A program made the position numbers and the translations under genes. Below the pieces are notes generated by a model. It had not been told where the DNA came from. It ran no database searches and saw only the letters and a program-made list of their open reading frames with translations. A DNA stretch of 62,009 nt, the filler included, from Sphacelaria rigidula (lineage: Eukaryota): assembly GCA_964200075.2 (NCBI GenBank). It is 10 parts of 10 records of this genome, joined end to end, with 100 filler letters (N's around TTAATTAATTAA, not from the genome) between each part and the next. Parts side by side here need not be neighbours in the genome. Positions count along the whole stretch, not along the records: positions 24,845 to 30,955 come from CAXNAA020022152.1; positions 31,056 to 37,166 come from CAXNAA020022153.1; 8 more parts are not named here. One strand, given 5' to 3'. Position 1 is the first letter of the stretch; every line of letters starts with the position of its first letter. Shown piece after piece: positions 24,845 to 36,830 of the stretch.

Positions 24845-27800
24845 CTGTTTTAGGCTTGAACCTCATCTCGGAGTTAAACCTCAATTCGCACAATTTGTTG
24901 TTATCAGTAGCATTAAGGTAGGTGGAAATGAAATTTCTCCGACTAGAGATTCCAATGTGCATAGCTTACCAGCTCGCAACAATCGGGGCAACAGTAGTAT
25001 AGGTCAGGGAGGATCAAGCGTGGCTGGCCCTACTCTCGATCTGGCAACCGTGCACGAAAGTGGATCATCTGACAACGGTAACGATGTGCAGGCTTGCATG
25101 ACTATTGATTTCCCCGATAAAACCGTTGGAGAGTCCCGAGATATTTACTTCACGACAAACCGATCGTGATGAATCTTCGTGTTGCGCAGTGCGTAGGGTA
25201 GTAGTAGAGAATGGTGACGACCCAAGCGGGATACCAGTCGAAAGTATTTATGCGCTGGACCCAAAAACTGGCAGTCGTTTGCCTACAGAACCTGTTTCCG
25301 CCCGGGCACCAGCGACAATATCTAGTCAGGTTGCGCAAGGAAGGAAAGGGCCTTACTTGGAAGAAATTCACGAAGGAATGGGAGAGGAAGTGAGTTTCAA
25401 CCGCAAAGAAAGTTCGACCTTGGCGCAAATATTTTCTGGCCCGAAGGCGACTAGAACCTTGCGTGGAGGTTAAGGCTTTGGTGGACACGGGGAGTCCGGT
25501 GACGTTTTTTCATTACAAAATATGGAAAAAAAAGTGGTTGATGTCGAGGCAGCCACCATTGAAGGCGTCCGAGAGATAGACCCGGTATCCTGGGGTGGTT
25601 TTAATGGTATCCCGTTGTGTACCTCTTCACAGGTGCGGCTGAATACTAGACTGTGGCCTAGAAGACCCAACCCGCGAATGTCAGTTCAGAACGGACAAGC
25701 ATGTTTAGCAGTTTATGCCCATGTTGTACCTGAAGGAACAATGAATTATGACTTTCTAGTAGGACGTGATGGCCTCGGATTATTTCCGGTCAGAACTTAT
25801 TGTGATGTGAACCGACGAGAAACAGTTACGACCTTGCAAGGAAACAACATCGACTCTGTTGATTGTGCGTTTGCGGAACAAGTCCGCAAGGCTGTTGGTT
25901 TTGTGGAACCGAAATCGTCAACAGCTCCAGTTACAGTAGTGTAAAATGGATCCCATGATATGATACGACCTGATACATCGTCATGGATTCCGTTCAAACT
26001 ACGTAGCATGGACGGAACTCCCACCAAAAAGTGGCTGTCATTATGTATCTCTGGTTCCAGATTGGTCCTCACAAGAGATTATCATAGAAGCAGGCGAATC
26101 CATTATCCCTCTCCGTTATACCGGTTTAGAAGGACAGATGTTGGACCCGTTCTGCTGGGGCACCTTTGGTACCATGCTCTCTGGAGGACGTTAAGATCTC
26201 TGGAAGAAGGGATCTGAAAACCGAGGAGATATTCACGGTAGACCAAAATTTTGAAGAACCTCCGGTCTTGGCGCGTTTGACCAAGGAATAACAACAAGCA
26301 TTTAAGGACATGTGGGTGAAACTCCCCACACATATGCGAAAAATAAAGTTCGGGTTGGAGGGTGCACGTTGGCCAGTTGAGGACATGAAGAATTTGGGGG
26401 AACTTTTGTGCAAATATTCACATCGATTTTTAGAGGACAGGATGGATTTGGGGTATTGCACGGGGGATCCGTTTAAGATTGAACTTAAACCGGGGACGAG
26501 GCTCGTCAAACAGCGCCCGTATCGTCATAACCCAGCGGTCCATAAGAAAGTACAAGTGGGAATCGATCGCATGCTCGCAGCAGGCATTTTGAGGAGAGAT
26601 CATATTCAAACTGGAGCAGCCCGCTCGTAGTAAACAACAAAGCGGATGTCTCCATTCGGATTACGTGCAACTACAAAAAGCTCAATGACAGTACAGTAAT
26701 TCCGGGTTTACCCATTCCGATTATTGAGGAACTCTTCGATGAATTGGGGGTGCCAAAATATTTTCATGTTTGCATATCACTTCCGGTTACTTCAATGTGG
26801 CTATACACCAAGACTCAGTTCCGTCAACGGCAATTTGTACGCAGAGAAGTCTCTATGAATGGTTAGTAATGCCGATGGGGTGCAGTGGAAGTCCAGGTTG
26901 GTTTCAGGCTATCATGGCGAGAATATGTGATGGGTTGAAACGATGTCCCAGGGATGGACGCGTAGGATCTGTAGTGAGTACCCATGATTCAAACTTGAGT
27001 GGGCTGGACCCTTGATCGGTTGTTATAATTGGGGAAAAATAAGAAAGTGCAGTACCGCGTACGAACTCTGAAAAAGTTGCCCTAAAATGGATCGAGCTAC
27101 AAAGAGCGAGGGATAGTGTTAGTGCACGGATGGGAAGAGAAAAAGCGGACAAGTATTCGTAAGTAGTACTGGATGACGCACCGTTAATTTCTCCCCAGAT
27201 TAGTGACATGGTCAGAGGACAATGGGAACAAGCTTTAACGTTGGACGCACGTTCGATCATGGAAGTATGGAGACGATTGCTACAACCTCAAGAACACAGA
27301 GCCGTGTCAGTATCAGTAATGAACCCACAACCGATGAGGGAAGCAGTACTGCGGGACCATTAAGAACGGTATCACAGACTCTGGAAGCAGAAGAAGCCTG
27401 TCATTTGGGTGAACGGTTATGCCAGAAATCGGCAAACGATTGGGCCCAAATACAGCAGGAAGATTTCACGTCCAGGACGGTCATCAAATATTTGAAAAAA
27501 CGAGTGACGGTGTTGACTAAGGACCTATCCGAGTTCAAAAGGTTACTAAAACAGGGGACACTTTGAGAAATATCGGACGGAGGTTTATCATTGATAACGA
27601 AGCAGACGCCAATGCCCAATCAACTGGACTGAAATCCGGGACAATTCGAGAGGTATCTGGAAGAAGAGCCAACCAGAACGTATGTGCCACTGCTTTTGAG
27701 ACCTTAGGTAGTGGGCCAAACTCACAAAGAAGCTATTCATTTGGGGGAAGGTATCACGTTATCTTTGTTGAAACGGTATGACTGGTGGATTGGAATGAAG

Positions 27801-29500
27801 GACAGTGTAAAATTCTGGATCAGAAGATGTTATACATGTCAAGCTCGGAAACAATCCGAGACATACAGTGAGATGGCCACTTATTTCCTTACCACTGCCG
27901 AGTCAACCAGGGCAGATGGTTTCGTTCGATTTGTTGGGCCCGTTACCAAAATCAACGAAGGGAAATACATAGATCATTTTTATGGTTGATCTGTTAAGTA
28001 GACATGCGGAAGCTTATGCTCTTACTAAAGAAAAGAAAACAGCGGAAGGTTGTGCGAATATTTTAGCGCATGGCTACATCCCAAGATGGGGATGTCCTCA
28101 CACGTTATTGTTGGACCGAGGAACGGAATTTACAGCAAAAGTGGCAAAAATTGTCTGTGAGATGTTGGGAGCCGTTAAACGATACACGAGTGCGTATCAT
28201 CCACAAGCAAACGGGATGGTAGAGCGACTGAACCGCACGTTATGTCAGATGTTGTCGTACCTAGTGGCAGATGACCAGAAATACTAGGATAAGCTACTGT
28301 TACACGCAATTTCTGCACATAAAAACAACTTAAGTAGAGGAATAGGCTTAGCGCGGAATGAGGTGCATATCGGGAGATATCCAAGGTTACCCATGACCAT
28401 CCTGGAAAGAAGGGGTATGGTAGGACACCAAAGATTTAAGGCGGACCAACTTATTTATTTGCAGCTGATGAAGGATCGTCAAACCAAATCATACGATCTT
28501 GTGAGACAAGAGGACTTTTTGATTAAATCCAAACACGAGTCAAATAATGAGCAGGTGGAAGAAGTTCTAAATCAAAAGCCAAAGTGGGAGGTAAGCAATT
28601 AGGTTTTTGTCTATGACATCAAGGGTACTATCTGCGGTACGCGAAGGGATGAAAACAGCTTTATCATCTAAGCTGTCGCATTCCTGGAGAGGGCCGTACA
28701 AAATCATGGTGGTGGGACAAGGTATTTCGGAAAAGGGTGAGCTAGTCGGAGAAAAACTACTGTTGCTTGAACCCCGGAAAATTGAGCATGGGGCAATCAT
28801 GAGTCCCCGAGTTTCTGTGTTGAGATGTAAGCGGTGCTTCAATCCAAAAGATGAACCGGAGCCGCCAAAATCTATACCCTGGGGGTTAAGTATGTGTTGA
28901 ATCAGTATTCGGAACTATCACCTCCGTTACATCTAACAGAAGAGGGTTTGTCGATACAGCTGGACACATACAAGCTAAAGCCCACGAAGATTGTGAGTCA
29001 CCGTGTATCTCGTGGCTTGGCTGGAAAACTCTCTGTTCAGTATTTACTAAAGAGGGAGAATTTGGAGAGGCCCAGGTGGGAGCTTGAGGAAGACGCGAAA
29101 CAACATGATCGGGTAATTTTGACGTACTGGATGGGAAATCCTAAATTGGAGAAGCCAGACAACTCTAAGTACCGAAAATATCGCATAAATTTGGCAAGAC
29201 GAGCGGAGGCTAGGGAATGGGGAGAAATGTTTGTGGCTCAAGGCTATGAGTTGAGAAGCAATGTCCCTGCTGGTCCTCATGTATATGACCCGCAAATTGT
29301 CGGTTGTTATATCCCTTCAGGAGGATGCGGCGTTACAAAGGCGCCCGCACACTTCGAGGATGCTGGATCTCGGGAGGAGGTACAATGTTCATCTTTCAAT
29401 TGAAAATTTGAACACCTCTCGGAACCAAGTGGGGGATTGGTGCTGGCATGCCCATGTGCAGCGCGGGACTTAAAATTTCTTGCACATACGCTGTAGCTGG
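24845..29500 (+). mobile_element. Decayed Ty3/gypsy element (PR - partial RT - INT - chromodomain-like)
   Basis: ALVDTGSP (protease, ~25474); IELKPG...QRPYRH, NWSSP, SGYFNV, YEWLVMPMG (RT); H..HLG...WW...CYTC zinc finger; VDLLSR, DRGTEF, YHPQANGMVERLN (integrase); WRGPYK; KIVSHR...QYLLKRENLERPRWE (chromodomain-like). Confidence 0.93.
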
Positions 29501-31055
29501 AACGCTGGAGGAGACCATCGACTATCATCGGATTTGAAGACGGACGTCACGAGATTCTAGATGATTGGGGGTGGCTTTGGCATCGATACACAACGACGAG
29601 AAGGAGATGAAGCTGCGCCAGGAGAACGATGAAATGGCTTGACGAATTTTCTTATCTTAGTTTGAATGTTTTTCTCTGTTTCAGTTTGAAGTTGACTGTT
29701 TAATTAATTGTGTAGGTTGAACACAGGCAGCATCTTTGAGGAAGGAGACCGATTTGTGAAGTTTTTTGTGTAGAAAGCAGGGTAAAATAATGGATTTTAC
29801 ATTTCTTTGGATTCTGTTTTGTCGTAATCAAGGAGTTGGGGGCGGCTGGCTTGAGTATCAATTGGAAATATTGAGGCTCAACAGAGTTTTTGGCGTTTTG
29901 AATTAGTTTGTTTACCCAATTTATCGAAACAAAGATGAATGCAGAACCACTAGCTATTGGGTGTGCTCAGGAGCTTGAAGCTTGGGTTCTTTTAGAGTAA
30001 ACATCACAGGTTAGGTGGTCAAATACAATAGAAAGGATGAAGAGACAAAAGGGTGAGTGCAGAAGGTACTTTCTGCACGTAACCCCGGGCTTCACTCCTC
30101 TTTTCTGTCCCTAGTTTCCCGCCCAAGGTTTGGTTTTGATTGCAAGTTATTTTCTTATTATAGTGCGGCGACATCAAGGCGGCATCAGTAAGAGACACAA
30201 AAGGCGAATCAAAAGCATACTTTCTTGTTTTGGCATATCAAACAACATATTCGTAAAATATAGAGCGTAATATCGGATTCAGAGTGGATGCTCTAGCGTT
30301 CCTAACAGGCGATTTTGTTTTTCTTGAGCACACGTCCTGTGCATGCAGCTACCGCACAGTACCCCATTCGAGGAATTCGGCGATCTGGTTGGTGAGATAC
30401 CGCACAAAGCATTTTTACGCCTGGGGGGGGCATTTCGGCCTGAAACTGTTTCAGGCATTAATCGTTTTTTCCTTGAAGGGGGAATCTTTTGTTGCAATGG
30501 ACAGACTACGTCGTTGCGATCAAGTAATGTGTCAGATTGATCGTGTAGGTGACAGCTTTCATTGAAGCCACCGCTTCACCAGCTGGGCGTATTATTCCTC
30601 GAACTGTGGCGATGTCAAAATCGATGGGGAAGTCCATTGTTTCGGGTCTCACTCTGAATCCGATGTTACACTCTGAGTCTCACGAATTTAGTGTTCACAG
30701 CGATCTGTCGTCGCGAACGTCGATCCACCCGGCGACCAATCAGCATCCTGACTTTTGATGTGTGTTCAGTGTGCCGCTGATTGCGTCTCGTCTTATCTCG
30801 ATAACACGGGGCCTCAGGGCGTATACTAGCACGTCATCGTTTGATCGATAAAGTGCAACGTGAAAGGAAAAATATCAATCTGATTTTTGGACTGTCGGGA
30901 GAGGATTTTTGTACACGTAGCGCCCGACCCCCAGGCAAACCACCCTAGGACGGAANNNNNNNNNNNNNNNNNNNNNNNNNNNNNNNNNNNNNNNNNNNNT
31001 TAATTAATTAANNNNNNNNNNNNNNNNNNNNNNNNNNNNNNNNNNNNNNNNNNNN

Positions 31056-31257
31056 CGCGTCTTCATCTATAGACAGTACTTCGTCTTGGTTTCCGCCTAT
31101 CTCCTTCCACACTTTTTCGACTTCTTTATCCCAATTTACTCCAGCCTGCCCTATCGTACTTTTCCTCCGTACAGCCCTATCAAGTATAGCTGGCAACTTC
31201 TTTCTTTGCATGTTCTTTACCCTATACTGCCATCGCAATTTCCTCATGTCTCTGTTC
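31056..31257 (-). mobile_element. LINE ORF2 post-RT fragment
   Basis: MRKLRWQYRVKNMQRKKLPAILDRAV...GQAGVNWDKEVEKVWKEIG resembles the post-RT region of RTE-like non-LTR elements; part of it is repeated at 1-32. Confidence 0.6.
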
Positions 31258-32429
31258 TGGTGACGGGGGGGGGGTTCGCGGGTTCAAACCCCCACATTGC
31301 CTTGAGCAAAGCTTGCCGTACGCTCGAGGCGCCTACCCCATATGACCGCCACATGGTTGCCTAGCCGAGCCTCCGAGTAATCAGAACACGAACCTGTTTG
31401 CGGGGTAAGTCTTGGATGAAGTTTCCCCTTCCTTCAAGGTTGAAAAAATGACATAGTCGTGAAACCGTAGGCGTGTCCACACCACTACAAGCGTGTTCGC
31501 GGACAAAATCACACCAGCCAAGATTTTACGCTCATTCATGTTATTTGGATTGAGGTGCTTACCCAAACAGCCGGCCTCTAGCGAGCAGACACCTGGAACC
31601 ATCACCCTGAGTAAACGCGAGATGCGCCGCAGAAAAGCCTGAGAGAAACCATTGAAACGGGAGAGGAAAGGTCTTTATGGGGGTGATTCAAGTATGTACC
31701 CCGACGGAGATGAGACTGGCGGGCGGCGAATCTATTTACGGGAAAGTGCAGTCAACACAGTTGAGTATACGGAATCAATCGGTGACGGTTTAGACAGCAG
31801 TATACTTCAACGCTTCATTGGTCGAACGAGTCTCGAGTCGTGGCGACTCGAGGTATACAATGGGTTTCGGAACACGAGGGACAAGTGGACTCGATTGCTA
31901 TGAATAATGAGCAAAAATGGGGCAACAGCTACCTCAAGTGATGAGGCTAATTAGGGAAAATGGGGACGAGTTCGACGCGGAGCATCGCCAGTATTTTGGA
32001 ATATTTGGATGGAGTTAACTGGAGTCATTGCGAGTATTTCGGAATATTTTAACGAGTCTGAGAATATTCATTTGAGACCCGTGTGGAAGAGTGAGGATGG
32101 CTGTTGAGTCTGGCTTACCTACCGTTCGTATCCCAAAATAAAGAAAATGGTGAGTGAATACAAACGTTCTTGTGTTACCAGTGTTTCACACTCGGTGTCT
32201 TCTACAGTCAATGGATCATAACAACACATATAGCTACCCTACCGGATGGGTGCTAAGACCCACTTTTATGGCGTCGAATATCGATTTGTACAAAAAGGAG
32301 GATATCAGCCCGTCTACAGGCGGTTTTCTCCCGTGGATTGATTTTTCGGACCCCAGTCCCTTGGACAATGTTTTTCGGCTAGCTGTGAGCAAACCAGATC
32401 AATTCTCCGATTTTCTGGGCGTTGACTTT

Positions 32430-32582
32430 CGATACATCACCGTTCTGCTGAAATCGGGACACTCCCGCATCTCCCCTGATTCTCCCCCGATTTTTCAAAG
32501 GAATTGGGGGAGATGCGGGAGTGTCCCGATTTGGGCAGAAATGTGATCCGGGCCCGAAGATCTGTTGCCGTAACATCCGGCC
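32430..32582. mobile_element. Right part of a Harbinger-type MITE with internal hairpin
   Basis: Hairpin AAATCGGGACACTCCCGCATCTCCCC / GGGGAGATGCGGGAGTGTCCCGATTT; ends TAACATCCGGCC|TTA like the adjacent element. Confidence 0.6.
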
Positions 32583-32585
32583 TTA

Positions 32586-33005
32586 GGCCGGATGTTATGA
32601 CAGGAAAATTTGCCAACACACGTCTCGGACGGTTTGCATCACCCCACAGAGAGGAGTCTAGCCCACTTTTCAGATTCACTTGGCTCCGAGGTTTCGAGAT
32701 TGGCCGCTGAACAAGTATTCGTGTGCAAGAATCTGTGCTTGCCAACATACGACAGTTTAGTTGCCCAATAATCTGTGTAGATCACCGTAGATTTTGTTGC
32801 ACACGGATTATTGTTCAGCGGCCACCCTCGAAACCTTGGGGCCAAGCGAATCTGGGAAGTGGGCTAGGCTCCTCTCTGTGGGGTGACGCAAAGGGTCCAA
32901 GACGTGTGTTGGCGATTTTCCCCGTTTGGGGGTCGAAAAGTGGGTCAAACGTCCCAAACGTGAACAATCTGTGGGCCAAAAATCTGTATGCGATAACATC
33001 CGGCC
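32586..33005. mobile_element. 420-bp PIF/Harbinger MITE
   Basis: TIRs GGCCGGATGTTAT / ATAACATCCGGCC; perfect TTA TSDs at 32583-32585 and 33006-33008; ~135-bp internal inverted arms. Confidence 0.88.
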
Positions 33006-34200
33006 TTACCAACCAACAATCCGTTGTCAACAAGAAAATGTATGAACGCCGAGGAATATTGAAGACGTATTGAAGACATCATTGACTGGTCGGACCTGTG
33101 CCGAACCTCTGCCGAACCTCTGCCGAACAGAACACACGCTCCACCCGAAGTTACCTACGTTTAGTACGCGACAACTGTAATTTTTCCATCGCATAGTTCC
33201 CGAGACAGGAAGCAAATCGGCCTGAGACACTCGACAGCCCCCCGCGCAGACACAAAATCTATTCGGCGCCGCGGCGGACTGGCTCAATTCGCCACAGCGT
33301 ATCCGAAACGCCCCCGAACGTCGGGGTGAACGCGTTTTTAGTACATTTTGGCGGTTTGCAAAGTGCTGCGGGCTCCGCGGCACGCGTTGCGGAAAGCCGC
33401 CGCGGCACTGAAAAGTTCTGGTGTGAGGGAAGCGCACGCATCAAACCGCAGTCCAATCCTTTGCTTCGTTGCCGAGATATCTGCGTTGAAAAATCGGCAC
33501 TTGCGGCTTCAGGAACAGCAGCATTTATCGAGGTGAAAAATGGGGAATTCTCAGAAGCTCGGTGTTTCGAAACTCAAGACAAGAGCGACCTCCCGCGCAG
33601 CATGGACGACGTACAAGGAAAAAAACGGTCAAGACTTATCCTGTGCCTGTGCCTTGCGTCTCAACGCGTGGAGAAGGCCGAAGAAAAACTCAACGCCGTC
33701 ACCAAAAAGCTTGACGCGTCTGTTTCATGTCAGAGTGTTGGGTCCAGCGCATAAGCTAAGCCGGTGCGCCCAATTTTTATTGCGATCCCTCGGTCCTTTC
33801 ACAGTCGAGAGACAGCGATGATGTTTTTCGTAACTGACTGTGAATACTAATAACAATATGTGAACAATGGCAATCGCCAACATCCGGTATAGCTCACCCC
33901 CCCCTCAGAAAAGCTACTAATGCAGCCGCCTGATTGGCCACATCTCGCCGCGTGCGCATTCTGGCGAAAACACACACGGTATACCTGTTCTTGGAAACTC
34001 GATCTGGCTTTCACCGGTTTTTGGCGATCGAGACAGTATTGCTCACGTTCCCGGCCAGCCCCAAAACACACACGTCACCATATTCTATGTTACGTTTCAA
34101 CGGCTGGCCGTTGGAGATCATAATATCCCGAGTTTCGTTTCGTCTATCCGATCACCCGCCGTCCTGGAGCTTTGCCCGTCAATCCGACAACGAGCACGCT

Positions 34201-35116
34201 TTGTCAATCCGTCAACGAACACGCCTTGTCGATCCGACAAAGCACGTGGTGGTTCCACGGGTTTGAAGAGAACCTTCAGTTCAAAGCACACGGTGCCCTG
34301 TGCTGTGTTTACTCTTGGCTGGCTGTCACGAGCCCACGAACCTACGACCGTGGACCCAGAACGTCCCAAGATGACCGCCCCTTCCCAATCTTACCAAGTT
34401 AACAGCGTTGCAATGAAACAGGCATTAGTATACAATGATAGCAAACAGCTGCGCGCACACTTCGAACGAGCGTTCTAGTGCCGACAGTACAGACTGTCTG
34501 TACTGTACTGTAAACAAGTCACCATGTACCGTCTCACGAATTCCGTTGCCTTTATTCGATGGAAGGCATGACAATCCACCTGAGCCCAACTGCATCAACA
34601 CGAGAATTTTTCGCTCAGATTGATTCCACTTCCCCACATTTTCGATCCAAAAGAAAAGTGCGAAGACACGCCCTAATTGCCCATCTTACAGTTCGCAACT
34701 TAGGTCAAACAGTGTGCAGTCAGAAAAGGTACGGAGACGTGCCGAAGCGCGGTGCACATGCAGACAGCGGCAGCAAGCCCTTGGATTCAAATAGCTGCCG
34801 TGCAGCCGTGGCCCAGTTTCTTGGGTGATGATCTCGCGGGTATATGTATACCGATACGTCCAACAACAGGCGACATACAAGCCCCTGCTGTGAAAAAAAA
34901 AGCGACGCTGAGATAACGGGAGAATCCCCCTAGGCCGGAGCATTTGATGTTGGATTCGCGTGGGCGGTGACATGTTGTGCTCTGCATGTTCCTGCGAGGG
35001 TGACGGTTCGTTTGTTCAGGGCGCCGTGTACTTCGAACTGAAGGTTCTCTTCAAACCCGTGGAACCACCACGTGCTTTGACGGATCGACAAGGCGTGTTC
35101 GTTGACGGATTGACAA
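34201..35116. repeat. 100-bp inverted repeat pair (34201-34300 / 35017-35116) with 26-bp subrepeats
   Basis: 96/100 identical by hand alignment; the inner ends are ...GCCCTG and CAGGGC... Confidence 0.9.
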
Positions 35117-35304
35117 CGCTATGTCTCTTTCTGGAGTGCATGTTTACCCAGGGGCTCAGCGAGTGCATGTTGCGAAGTCGAGATAATTTGGTGCGTTAGA
35201 ATTATACGCTAATTAACCGAGTGCGGTGCTGTTTTCCTCTCTGCAGCGCCGTCTTGAAAGGGATTTGTGGTCAACGGTTAAACGATTAAGGCGATCAAGA
35301 AATG

Positions 35305-35585
35305 CGTACGCCCTCCCCTCTCTGCAGCACTTGTATAAACAGGAACTCAGTGAATGTGAATGCAGTACCTTCCTCCCCTCCGCAGCCCCTGTTCTAACAG
35401 GAACTCAGTAAATGTGAATACAGAACCTTGCTCCTCTCCGCAGCCCCTGTTCTAACAGGAACTCAGTAAATGTGAATGCAGTACCTTGCTCCTCCCCGCA
35501 GCCCCTGTTCTAACAGGTACTCAGTGGGTGTGAATGCAGTGCTATGCCTCTCCCTGCAGCGCCTGTATGAAGAGGGACTCGGTCG
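35305..35585. repeat. 58-bp minisatellite, ~5 copies
   Basis: AGG(A/T)ACTCAG recurs at 35341, 35399, 35457 and 35515. Confidence 0.92.
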
Positions 35586-36279
35586 GTACGAACAACGTTA
35601 TTGTTGCCTTGTGTACGCGGAATGATGCCGGAAATGGCGTACCGGTGACGTTAGACCCCACGTCGACACATGGTCAAGCTGCCGCCAGAGTAAACAACAG
35701 TGCTGTAGGCAGTGGCCGTTGATTCCGAACTGGACCTGCCCATAATCGTCTCAATTTCATCCGGTCACACCCTAAGCATCTGGATAACTGGATCTGAATC
35801 TTCACATTCGACGAGTAGACAATTTACCAATGACGAATGTTGGATTCATTCATGTTGACTTGATGGTAGGAGAGAAAACCCTACCGAGTTAAAGACATGT
35901 TTAAAGCGCTAAAAGCAACGCGGGTCTTCCCCTGAACTCATCCGCAGTGTAGTTTGGACCAGGAGAGGTTGAATAGCTGAGCACACAGTCAGCAGATGGT
36001 ATCGAAACAGGAGACGGTCAAACTAACCAGCATCAAACATTTACGTTCAGTGCTTGGTACGATCAGATTTGTGAAAAATCAAACACCGAACTTGACGGAA
36101 GCATTACGACGTCGGCAGGTCTCGAAACCAGGGCAGAATGAGTCGACAACTTGAAACCTGGACAGAGTGACAGAGAGCTTTCCGCCGTCAAGACAACCCG
36201 CATGCAAGCGCAACACATGTTTTTGTTACTGTCGACGAGCAGAAATCGCGAACCGAGCAAAAACGCGAATACAGCACAC

Positions 36280-36830
36280 ACGTTCAGTATTTAGTTGATG
36301 ACGATGCACCAATCCCGGAAAGAGAGACGTGGACTTCTATTTCCAACCACGAGCATTTTGTTTCAAGTCGTACTTCCCAGGACACCTTTGCAAAGAAGCA
36401 TCTATCGCGATCCATTAGTGCTACCAGACGCTCTAGTAGGGTTGGTTCGGCACTCGTATCGAGATCATGCGTTGTCCAGAGGTCACCTCGCACTCAAATT
36501 GACACACGAAAAAATCAGGCACAAACACTGGGGGTCCCCAAATAGTCAGGATATCCATCTATGGTGCGCTGACGGCCGAGCTTGCTGCCAGCGCGGCAAA
36601 ATGGCTCATATTCGTCCAAAGCTACCCACAGGTCACATACCAGTGAAGAGACGGTCCAGCGAGTTCAGTATCAAGAGGCCTGGTCGAATACAGAACGATT
36701 TCAAGCTCGTACGCTAGATTGCCGTGCAAATATGTGCAAATATGTGATGTCTCTGAGGGACCATCTCCCGCGCCATGTACTGTTTGTACCGATTCGAAAC
36801 AAATCGTATACTTTCTCTGTCCCATAAGTA
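36280..36830 (+). mobile_element. Highly decayed Ty3/gypsy integrase remnant
   Basis: DHALSRGHLALKLTHEKIRHKHW...DIHLWC...CQRGK...PKLPTGHIPV (zinc finger) and KYVMSLRDHLPRHVLFVPIRNKS (start of the core). Confidence 0.75.
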
